Shown here: in pieces, positions 36,933 through 44,818 of the stretch
Numbering within the stretch: the first letter of the stretch is position 1
Layout of the letters: every line of letters starts with the position of its first letter
Assembly (NCBI GenBank): GCA_944387895.1
Contig: CALXGQ010000009.1
Span: 94,056-158,055 of the forward strand
Source: an uncultured Clostridia bacterium
Lineage (GTDB): Bacteria > Bacillota > Clostridia > Oscillospirales > QAKW01
Direction: 5' to 3'
DNA length: 64,000 bases
Translations under genes and position numbers: made by a program
The notes under the pieces: generated by a model
Database searches by the model: none
What the model was told of the DNA's origin: nothing
What the model saw: the letters and a program-made list of their open reading frames with translations, nothing else

Positions 36933-38471
36933 TCATACATTATTGGGGATTTTTTCGTAGCCCTTTTCGTTTTCTGTCAGCGTAATGGTTTCCACCCATT
37001 CAGCATAGGCTTCTTCATAATCAGCCGATTTTTTATCGGCGATACAATCGGATTTCCATGCGGCGATCCCCTCGCCAATGTAGTAACAGATCGCATAGCC
37101 GCCATCGATCGCAATCGCTTCAAAATCGCCGGCCTGGCGAGATGCGTCATAGGCCCATGCGCCCATGTTCCCCTCAAAGGAGCTTTCCTTATAATTCTCG
37201 CAAAGGCCGCCGTTTGCAGAGGTCGTCGTATTTTCGCTGTATTCCGCGGCATACTTTTCAAAGGTTTCCTCTGTCAGACCCTCGCTGACCATCTCGGTCA
37301 TGATTTCCGTTGCCTTCTCCGCAACTTCATCCTCCCCATAGGTGGTTTCCGTCAGAACGATATCGCGGATCGTCCGGGTCGCGCTCTCGTCCCGATACGG
37401 CGTCGCCGTGCAATAGTAAACGGTATAGGTGCCGGATCCATCGTCGGCCGTATAGGTATCCCCTACCGCCGCTTCATTGAACAGCCATTCGGAAACTTCG
37501 TCGTCCTCCGTATAGGTGACCTGGGTGGATTCTGCGCTTTCCAGCTTGGATGCGACATCACTTTCCAGATCCTCTTCCGTATAGTCCTCGGTGATGGAAG
37601 AAGAGGAACGGACATCTTCTTCGATCCATGCCCTGAACGCATCCACGCTGTTAACGGCAGCCAGCTCCTCCGCCTTGCTCTCTGCCGCGGCATAGGTGGT
37701 GGAATCCTCCGTATCCGACGCCGAGATGGCATAGCTGTAATAATCTACATACCGGTAGGTATTGACGTTCTCCTGATAGTATTCCTCCAGCTCTTCGTCG
37801 GTATATTCCAGAGAATCCTGATATTCCTGCAGATATTTTTCCGCCAGAACGGAAAGCTCCAGACATTTGCGCACATCGCTTTCGTTGACGCCGGTGCCAA
37901 ACACCGCGCTGATGAACTCCGCGTCCTCCAACCCGGATTCTTCGGCATAAGCATAATAGTTATCGATCGTTTTCTGGATCTCGCTCTGATCGTCGTCGTC
38001 CAGCTCCATACTGTTCGCCAGCGCGTTTTCGGCAAGATACAGATATTCCTTCACCTGGCTTCCGGCCGAATCTGCAAAATAATCGAACCAGGAGGAACCC
38101 TCCTCGAAGGTGCAGTCCTGACGGCGCAGGGAAATGCTGGTATCCAGACCCAGCGAAGAAAGATAGGAAGAATAGTTGTTGACAAACGTATTATACTGCG
38201 TATAGAAGAAATAGGACATCATCGCCGCATCAACGGTATAATTTTCCGTTTGCAGCACCACCGTATCGCGCTGGATTTCGCCTTTTCTATATGCGCTGGT
38301 GTATATGGCGTTATAAATCAACCCCACCGCCAGGCTGACAACCAGAACCGCCGCGATAACAGAAACCGATATTTTGGCAATCTTATTTCTTTTGGCTTTT
38401 TTCAAAGCCTCAGCCTTCTTTGCTTCTCTTTCCTCTGCGCGCTCGGCGCGCACCCGTTTTCCTTTACCCAT
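36933..38471 (-). CDS. Membrane-anchored, highly acidic extracytoplasmic protein (PrsA/SurA-N-like chaperone features, no parvulin domain seen)
   Basis: Lys-rich cytoplasmic start MGKGKRVRAERAEEREAKKAE, one TM (ISVSVIAAVLVVSLAVGLIY), then a Tyr/Glu/Asp-rich region with recurring ..YTDEELEEYYQEN.. motifs. Start at ATG 38471 after GGAGG. Confidence 0.5.
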   Translation of the reverse strand: MGKGKRVRAERAEEREAKKAEALKKAKRNKIAKISVSVIAAVLVVSLAVGLIYNAIYTSAYRKGEIQRDTVVLQTENYTVDAAMMSYFFYTQYNTFVNNYSSYLSSLGLDTSISLRRQDCTFEEGSSWFDYFADSAGSQVKEYLYLAENALANSMELDDDDQSEIQKTIDNYYAYAEESGLEDAEFISAVFGTGVNESDVRKCLELSVLAEKYLQEYQDSLEYTDEELEEYYQENVNTYRYVDYYSYAISASDTEDSTTYAAAESKAEELAAVNSVDAFRAWIEEDVRSSSSITEDYTEEDLESDVASKLESAESTQVTYTEDDEVSEWLFNEAAVGDTYTADDGSGTYTVYYCTATPYRDESATRTIRDIVLTETTYGEDEVAEKATEIMTEMVSEGLTEETFEKYAAEYSENTTTSANGGLCENYKESSFEGNMGAWAYDASRQAGDFEAIAIDGGYAICYYIGEGIAAWKSDCIADKKSADYEEAYAEWVETITLTENEKGYEKIPNNV

Positions 38472-38544
38472 GGTAAAACCTCCGTGCAAATATTAACAAT
38501 AGATTCATTATACATCAGATTTTAAAATTTGTGAACAATATTTT

Positions 38545-38588
38545 AGTAAATAAAATGTAAATAAAGTCCCTCCCGCGGGAGGGACTTT
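38545..38588 (-). terminator. Intrinsic terminator ending the hydrogenase operon
   Basis: Minus strand reads aaagtccctcccgcgggagggacttt followed by atttacattttattt. Confidence 0.65.
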
Positions 38589-38601
38589 ATGCGTTTCTTC
38601 C

Positions 38602-40359
38602 TTACTGATCGCCGAACCGGTTTCTGGCAACATAGCTTGTATGCAGCAGCTCATGAGCCTTATGGCTGCCGGGATGCTCAAGATATGTCTTATAAAGTTC
38701 CTGAATCATCGGATTATCATGGGACTTTCTGAGCGCCATGGAAGCATCGGTATCGTAGAGCGCTTGCGCACGCATTGCCCGCAGATCTTCAAAGTTGCGG
38801 ATGGAAGCAGGCTGGAAGGGCTGCCCGCCGCCGTTGACGCACCCGCCGGGGCAAGCCATGATCTCGATGAAGGTATAATCCGCTTCCCCGGACTGCACCT
38901 TTTTCAGCAGCTCCTTGGCATTGGCCAGGCCGGAGCAGACCGCCACCTTTACGTCAAGGCCGCCCACCTGATAGGACGCTTCCTTGATTCCGGCGGTACC
39001 GCGCACATCGGTAAACTCCAGTTTCCCCAGCTCCTCGCCGGTCAGCGTTTCCACCGCCGTGCGGAGAGCGGCCTCCATCACGCCACCGGTAGCGCCGAAA
39101 ATCAGGCCGGCGCCGGAACCGATCCCCAGCGGATGGTCAAATGCGCTGTCCTCCAACTTGGAGAACACAATGCCGGCGCGCTTGATCATCCGGGCCAGTT
39201 CACGGGTGGTGATGGAAATATCAACGTCCGGAAGGCCGGCAGCGTTCTGGTCTTCGCGCCCTACCTCGAATTTCTTGGCGGTGCAGGGCATCACCGAAAC
39301 GCTGACGATATCCTTGGGATCGATATTGTTCTTTTCGGCGTAATAGGTCTTTACCATCGCGCCGAACATCTGCTGGGGAGATTTACAGGTAGAGAGATGG
39401 GGGATCATATCCGGGAAATTATATTCGCAGAATTTGATCCAGCCGGGCGAACAGGAGGTGATCATCGGCAGCGCGCCGCCGTTCTGAACACGCTCAATCA
39501 GTTCGTGCGCCTCTTCCATGATGGTCAGATCGGCTGAGAAATCGGTGTCGAACACCTTATCAAAGCCCAGCCGCTTCAGCGCCGTCACCATTTTCCCTTC
39601 GACGTTGGTGCCGATTTCCATATCGAACGCCTCGCCCAGCGTCACCCGGATCGAAGGAGCGACCTGAACCACCACATGCTTGGTGGGATCGGCAAGAGCC
39701 GCCCATACCTTATCGGTATCATCCCGCTCCGCAAGGGCGCCGGTGGGACAGGCGACGATGCACTGCCCGCAGGATACGCAGGACGTAAGGCCGAGACCAT
39801 CGTCAAAAGCGGAGCCGATATGCGTGGCAAAGCCGCGCTCGTTTGCGCCGATGACGGATACCGCCTGGGTCTTTTCACATACGGCGACGCACCGGCGGCA
39901 AAGGATACATTTATTATTATCCCGCACCATATGAGCAGCCGTATCGTCGATGGGATAGACGTTCATCTCGCCCTCGTAGGCGTCCTCTTTTTCCACCTTA
40001 TATTCATTGCAGAGCCGCTGCAGCTCGCAGGTCCCGGACCGCACGCAGGACAGACATTTTTTATCATGGTTGGAAAGGATCAGCTCCAGCGTCTGCCGGC
40101 GCGCCTTCAGCACCATCGGGCTATGGGTATGGATCTCCATTCCCTCCGCAACGGGGAATACGCAGGCCGCAACCAGCCGGCCGTTGCCGTTGACCCTATT
40201 CTCCACCACGCAGATCCGGCAGGCGCCGATTGCATTGATCTCTTTCAGGAAGCACAGCGTAGGGATATCGATATTCAATGTTCTGGCAGCTTCCAGCACG
40301 GTGGTGCCGGCAGGCACGCTGACCGGAGTGCCGTCGATCGTCAAATTTACCATTTGCAT
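38602..40359 (-). CDS. hydA: [FeFe]-hydrogenase catalytic subunit of a multimeric NAD(P)H/ferredoxin-linked (HydABC-type) enzyme
   Basis: N-terminal 2Fe-2S plus His-ligated and two 4Fe-4S ferredoxin motifs. H-cluster motifs are ITSCSPGW, MPCTAKKFE and EIMACPGGCVNGGGQP. 585 aa. Confidence 0.92.
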   Translation of the reverse strand: MQMVNLTIDGTPVSVPAGTTVLEAARTLNIDIPTLCFLKEINAIGACRICVVENRVNGNGRLVAACVFPVAEGMEIHTHSPMVLKARRQTLELILSNHDKKCLSCVRSGTCELQRLCNEYKVEKEDAYEGEMNVYPIDDTAAHMVRDNNKCILCRRCVAVCEKTQAVSVIGANERGFATHIGSAFDDGLGLTSCVSCGQCIVACPTGALAERDDTDKVWAALADPTKHVVVQVAPSIRVTLGEAFDMEIGTNVEGKMVTALKRLGFDKVFDTDFSADLTIMEEAHELIERVQNGGALPMITSCSPGWIKFCEYNFPDMIPHLSTCKSPQQMFGAMVKTYYAEKNNIDPKDIVSVSVMPCTAKKFEVGREDQNAAGLPDVDISITTRELARMIKRAGIVFSKLEDSAFDHPLGIGSGAGLIFGATGGVMEAALRTAVETLTGEELGKLEFTDVRGTAGIKEASYQVGGLDVKVAVCSGLANAKELLKKVQSGEADYTFIEIMACPGGCVNGGGQPFQPASIRNFEDLRAMRAQALYDTDASMALRKSHDNPMIQELYKTYLEHPGSHKAHELLHTSYVARNRFGDQ

Positions 40360-40375
40360 TCTTTTTTACTCTCCT

Positions 40376-42169
40376 TTACTTCCTGATGATCGCCTTAAAC
40401 TTACACTTGCTCATGCAGACGCCGCACTTGATACATTTATCCTGATCAATCTCGTGCTTATTCTTGACCGTTCCGGTAATGGCGTTGACAGGGCAGTTCC
40501 GGGCGCAGAGGGTGCAGCCTTTGCAATCGTCGGTGATTTCATAGTGCATCAGATCCTTGCACACGCCGGCGGGGCAGCGTTTTTCCACCACATGCGCTTC
40601 ATATTCGTCCCTGAAATAGCGCAGCGTGGAGAGAACGGGGTTCGGAGCGGTTTGCCCCAGACCGCAAAGGGAGTTATTTTTTATGTAATAGCAAAGATCT
40701 TCCAGATCGTTCAGATCCTTGAGCGTCGCCTTGCCGGAGGTGATTTTATTCAGATACTCCAGCATCCGCTTGGTGCCGATCCGGCAGGGGGTACATTTGC
40801 CGCAGGACTCATCAACAGTAAACTCCAGGAAAAACTTTGCAATGTCGACCATGCAATTGTCTTCATCCATCACGATCAGGCCGCCGGAGCCCATCATGGA
40901 GCCGATGGCGATCAGATTGTCGTAGTCGATGGGGGTATCGATCAGAGAAGCGGGGATACATCCGCCGGAAGGACCGCCGGTCTGAGCCGCCTTGAATTTC
41001 TTGCCGTTGGGGATGCCGCCGCCGATATCCTCGATCACCTCCCGCAGAGGCGTGCCCATCGGGATCTCGACCAGGCCGGTATTGGTGATTTTACCGCCCA
41101 GCGCAAAAACCTTGGTGCCCTTGGATTTTTCCGTACCCATGGATGCGAACCAGTCCGCACCCTTCAGAATGATCTGGGGAATATTGGCGTAGGTTTCCAC
41201 GTTGCAGTTCATGGTCGGAATCCCGAAAATTCCCTTTTCGGAGGGGAAGGGCGGGCGGGGACGCGGTTCGCCGCGGTTTCCTTCAATAGAGGTCATCAGC
41301 GCGGTTTCCTCGCCGCAGACAAAGGCGCCGGCGCCCAGGCGGATCTCCATATCAAAATCAAAGCCGGCGCCGAAAATATCCTTGCCCAGAAGCCCATATT
41401 CCCGCGCCTGGCTGATCGCCACCTGCAGGCGGTGAACGGCGATCGGATATTCGGCGCGGACATAGACAAAGCCCTTGCAGGCGCCCACGGCATAGGCGGC
41501 AATCGCCATCGCCTCGATAACGGCATGGGGATCGCCCTCCAGAATGGAACGATCCATAAACGCGCCCGGGTCGCCTTCGTCGGCGTTGCAGCATACATAT
41601 TTCACCTCGGCCTTGGTGCGGGAAGCAAGATCCCATTTCAGGCCGGTGGGGAATCCGCCGCCGCCCCGGCCGCGCAGGCCGGAATCCTTGATGCACTGCA
41701 CCACTTCCGCCGGGGTCATCTCGGTGAGAACCTTGCCGAGCGCCTGATAGCCGTCGTAGGCGATATACTCATCGATCACCTCGGGATTGATGACGCCGCA
41801 GTTCCGCAGCGCCACCCGCTTCTGTTTCTTATAGAAATTCGTATCGTTCAGGGAGGCGTGAACGCCCTGCTCTTCCAGCACGGCGGTTTCGTTATAAAGA
41901 TATTTCTTGACGATACGCCCTTTGATGATATGCTCCGAAACGATTTCCGGGATCATCTCCGCCGTGACGCGGCTATAGAAGGATCCTTCGGGATACACGA
42001 TCATAATGGGGCCGAGGGCGCAAAGACCGAAGCATCCGGTCATAACAACCTTCACTTCGTCCTGAAGGCCGTTTTTCTCCAACTCGGCATTCAGCGTTTC
42101 CATGATGCCGGCAGAGCCGGAGGACGTGCAGCCGGTACCGCCGCAGATCAAAATGTGGTTTCTTATCAT
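40376..42169 (-). CDS. hydB: NuoF-like flavoprotein subunit (HydB/HndC) of the bifurcating hydrogenase
   Basis: Thioredoxin-like 2Fe-2S N-terminus (CGGTGC..CFGLC), FMN/NADH site (GRGGGGFPTGLKW, EGDPGAF), ESCGKCTPCR, and two C-terminal CxxCxxCxxxCP motifs. Confidence 0.93.
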   Translation of the reverse strand: MIRNHILICGGTGCTSSGSAGIMETLNAELEKNGLQDEVKVVMTGCFGLCALGPIMIVYPEGSFYSRVTAEMIPEIVSEHIIKGRIVKKYLYNETAVLEEQGVHASLNDTNFYKKQKRVALRNCGVINPEVIDEYIAYDGYQALGKVLTEMTPAEVVQCIKDSGLRGRGGGGFPTGLKWDLASRTKAEVKYVCCNADEGDPGAFMDRSILEGDPHAVIEAMAIAAYAVGACKGFVYVRAEYPIAVHRLQVAISQAREYGLLGKDIFGAGFDFDMEIRLGAGAFVCGEETALMTSIEGNRGEPRPRPPFPSEKGIFGIPTMNCNVETYANIPQIILKGADWFASMGTEKSKGTKVFALGGKITNTGLVEIPMGTPLREVIEDIGGGIPNGKKFKAAQTGGPSGGCIPASLIDTPIDYDNLIAIGSMMGSGGLIVMDEDNCMVDIAKFFLEFTVDESCGKCTPCRIGTKRMLEYLNKITSGKATLKDLNDLEDLCYYIKNNSLCGLGQTAPNPVLSTLRYFRDEYEAHVVEKRCPAGVCKDLMHYEITDDCKGCTLCARNCPVNAITGTVKNKHEIDQDKCIKCGVCMSKCKFKAIIRK

Positions 42170-42184
42170 TGTTTTATATCCCCC

Positions 42185-42559
42185 TTATTTTTCGTAGGCA
42201 CCGATGGTGTATTCCTGAACGACCTTATTATTTACAAGATGCTCTGTTACCACTCTGGCAACTTTATCTTCCGTCATTTTAACATAGGTGGTTTTGCTTC
42301 CGTCCGGCATGATGACCTCGACCACCGGCTCATACCGGCAGATGCCGATACATCCGGTCTGGGTGCAGATGATATTGTTGAGATGCCGGTCCTCGATCTC
42401 TTTCAGGAATGCGTTCAGAACCGGGCGCGCGCCGGCGGCGATCCCGCAGGTAGCCATCCCCACCACAACACGGATGGTCTCTTCCCCTTCCGTTGCACGC
42501 AGACTGACCTTATTCTGCATTTTTTCCTTGATCGCCTGCAATTCTGCTAAAGATTTCAT
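42185..42559 (-). CDS. Thioredoxin-like [2Fe-2S] ferredoxin subunit (HydD/HndB-like)
   Basis: 124 aa with VVVGMATCGIAAGA..CTQTGCIGICRYEPVV. Confidence 0.8.
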   Translation of the reverse strand: MKSLAELQAIKEKMQNKVSLRATEGEETIRVVVGMATCGIAAGARPVLNAFLKEIEDRHLNNIICTQTGCIGICRYEPVVEVIMPDGSKTTYVKMTEDKVARVVTEHLVNNKVVQEYTIGAYEK

Positions 42560-42561
42560 TT

Positions 42562-43113
42562 CTATATTTTTCCTCCTTGAATATTTTCGAGATTCTCATT
42601 GATATACGCATGGAGCCAGCTCAGCACCGCGGGTTCCGATAAAGGAACGTCGCCCAGCTGCGCGTGCAGCTCGTCCGTATCCAGAACAAACGTGCCCTGA
42701 TCCGTTTTATGGCGGTAAATAAACCGGATCTGATCGTTTGCCTGGATCAGGCTGACCAGCGTGCTCCCCATATCCCCGATGGGGGCCCGGTCCAGATGAT
42801 CAAGCTGAAAGGACGCATATACCGCCGTCCCCTCGCCCACTTTGGACGTGATGGTAAAGGTTCCGCCCGCGTCCTCCGCGCTCTGCTTGAAAAGCGGGAT
42901 CCCCAGCCCGACTTTTCTGGTGGTGCGCGTCGTCACAAAGGGATCGGTGACGCGGCGGAGAAATTCATCGTCCATTCCGCAGCCGTTGTCGCGGATCTCG
43001 ATCTCAATCAGATTTCCGGTCGTGCTTTCGGATATCCCGATCTCAATCCTGTCCGCCCCGGCCTTGATGGAATTATAAGTAATATCCAGTATATTGAGCG
43101 ATAGTTCCTTCAT
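42562..43113 (-). CDS. Stand-alone GHKL (HATPase_c) ATP-binding protein embedded in the hydrogenase operon
   Basis: N-box LNILDITYNSIKAG, G1 DNGCGM, G2 GLGIPL. No DHp/His-phosphotransfer or sensor domain; 183 aa. Confidence 0.75.
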   Translation of the reverse strand: MKELSLNILDITYNSIKAGADRIEIGISESTTGNLIEIEIRDNGCGMDDEFLRRVTDPFVTTRTTRKVGLGIPLFKQSAEDAGGTFTITSKVGEGTAVYASFQLDHLDRAPIGDMGSTLVSLIQANDQIRFIYRHKTDQGTFVLDTDELHAQLGDVPLSEPAVLSWLHAYINENLENIQGGKI

Positions 43114-43118
43114 GGAGC

Positions 43119-43613
43119 TCAGCCCATATATTTTTTCAGGATGTCCGCCACGTCGCCAACGACCAGCCGGCCGTAGACTTCGTCGTTCACCGTCATGACC
43201 GGAGCCAGTCCGCAGGCGCCGATGCAGCGCGTTGCTTCAAGAGAAAATCTTCCGTCCGGCGTACATTCGCCTACGTCGATCCCGATGATCTCCTTGATCT
43301 TATTCAAAATATCGCCGGAGCCTTTCACATAGCAGGCGGTTCCCAGGCACACCGCAATCTTATACTGGCCTTTCGGCGCCAGAGAAAACTGGGCATAAAA
43401 AGTGACTACACCGTAGATATGTTCCAGAGGAATATCCAGCTCTTCGGATATGATCTTCTGAACCTCGATCGGCAGATAGCCATAAATGGCCTGGGCTTCC
43501 TGCAAAACAGGCATCAGGGGGCCGTCCTGATCTTTATGCTGCGCGATGACCTCCCGCAGCTTCTGCTCTTGCTCTTTTGTTCCCCTGAACGGAACGGGAC
43601 TCTTGTTGCTCAT
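43119..43613 (-). CDS. hydC: NuoE-like [2Fe-2S] subunit (HydC/HndA)
   Basis: LPVLQEAQAIYGYLP, CLGTACYVKG and CIGACGLAPVMTVN. Confidence 0.9.
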   Translation of the reverse strand: MSNKSPVPFRGTKEQEQKLREVIAQHKDQDGPLMPVLQEAQAIYGYLPIEVQKIISEELDIPLEHIYGVVTFYAQFSLAPKGQYKIAVCLGTACYVKGSGDILNKIKEIIGIDVGECTPDGRFSLEATRCIGACGLAPVMTVNDEVYGRLVVGDVADILKKYMG

Positions 43614-43688
43614 TTTTTATCCTCCTTAGTATTGAGACTGCTTAGCAGGGATCTCCAACTAAAACAAACATATCAATTTTAACATAGA

Positions 43689-43716
43689 ACTATACCAATT
43701 TCCACATTTTTTTCAA
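43689..43716 (-). promoter_or_regulatory. SigmaA-type promoter candidate for hydC-GHKL-hydD-hydB-hydA
   Basis: Minus strand reads TTGAAA (43716-43711), 16 nt, TATAGT (43694-43689), in a 127-nt AT-rich gap. Confidence 0.35.
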
Positions 43717-43740
43717 TTTTTTTAAAAAATAATACAAATT

Positions 43741-44466
43741 TTATTGGTGGCGCAGGTAATCGATCAGCGCAGCGACGCTTTTTTCCGGCAAATCCAGAAG
43801 ATTATCGCCGGAATGTTCGCCGATATCCTGCAAATAATGGGCGTCGGAATCATGGATATAGCGGTAAGGCCGCCCGCCCAGCCCCGGCGTGGCCGCCAGA
43901 AAGCCCTCCGGCAGATTCCGGGACAGCTCAAAGCTCCGAAACCCCATATATTCCCCCACCATGCCGAAATTTCCCACCAGGCTTTTCGTCGGCTTATCGA
44001 TATGGGCGGGAACCGCCACGCCGCCGTAACGCTCCGCCAGCCCGGCCAGCCCCTCCAGCGAGATCCCGGTGGCGTTGATCAGAAAACGGGAATCCTCCCC
44101 GATGATCCGGTCCTGCTCGTCCATCAGATGCTGAACGCCGAAAATCTCCGGACGGTTCAAAACCGGCGGGAGCGCCGGCCGCACCTGCTCCTCGTCGAAA
44201 GCGCAGGCGGCGTCGACCGCCGGAAAAAGACACAGCACATGGATCTCTTCCGCGGTTTCCAGCTCCAGCGCAGGCACAACCGTAATGCCGGCCGCCGCCC
44301 CGACTTTGACCACAGCCGCCACGTTGCCGGTGGTATTGTGGTCGGATACGGCAATGAGATCCAGCCCGCATACCAGCGCCATATTTACGATGTTGTTCGG
44401 CGTCATATCCTCGTCTGCACAGGGAGAAAGCGCCGAATGAATATGCAGGTCGTACCGCAGCTCCAT
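43741..44466 (-). CDS. PHP-domain phosphoesterase (hydrogenase-linked cassette)
   Basis: YDLHIHSALSPCAD, IAVSDHNT, VPAHIDKP and IHDSDAH metal-ligand pattern. Confidence 0.78.
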   Translation of the reverse strand: MELRYDLHIHSALSPCADEDMTPNNIVNMALVCGLDLIAVSDHNTTGNVAAVVKVGAAAGITVVPALELETAEEIHVLCLFPAVDAACAFDEEQVRPALPPVLNRPEIFGVQHLMDEQDRIIGEDSRFLINATGISLEGLAGLAERYGGVAVPAHIDKPTKSLVGNFGMVGEYMGFRSFELSRNLPEGFLAATPGLGGRPYRYIHDSDAHYLQDIGEHSGDNLLDLPEKSVAALIDYLRHQ

Positions 44467-44479
44467 TTCGACGCGCCTC

Positions 44480-44818
44480 CTATCCAGCCAGAACCTTTCC
44501 GATCTTCAGCGCCGTCGCATAGGTGGGCTCTGATGAAGATAAAACGATCACGTCGTTTTCCCTGGCCTTTTCTAGTGCTTTTTCATCCGGCCGGACCCCT
44601 TCGGTCAAAATCACGCAGGGCAGATCCGCCATCACCGCTACGGCGATGACATTGGGATTGGACATCACCGTGACCAGAGCGTCCTGATCTCCCGCGCGGC
44701 CGATGACCCAGGAAAGCAGATCGCAACAATAGGCGCCCTCCACCGGGCGCGCTTCCAGCTCCTTGCCGTTGAAATAGGTAAAACCGCAGGCTGCGGCAAG
44801 CTCATGCACATTCATCAT
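44480..44818 (-). CDS. DRTGG-domain protein (second copy)
   Basis: 112 aa with the remembered DRTGG-type fold pattern (ALVTVMSNPNVIAVAVMADLPCVILTEG..VIVLSS). ATGA overlap with the upstream gene. Confidence 0.6.
   Translation of the reverse strand: MMNVHELAAACGFTYFNGKELEARPVEGAYCCDLLSWVIGRAGDQDALVTVMSNPNVIAVAVMADLPCVILTEGVRPDEKALEKARENDVIVLSSSEPTYATALKIGKVLAG

Noticed and set aside
40007-42550. An 847-aa plus-strand ORF, the longest in the window.
   Set aside because: It lies antisense to hydB and hydD, whose products carry unmistakable NuoF and 2Fe-2S motifs. Its own translation is Gly/Ala/Arg/His/Asp-rich low complexity with no motif. This is a typical shadow ORF of GC-rich DNA.
43614-43740. 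Looked for a Rex operator (TTGTGAA-N6-TTCACAA) in front of the hydrogenase genes, and also in 46860..46970.
   Set aside because: Only a partial half-site-like TGTGGAA is present, with no inverted partner at the right spacing.
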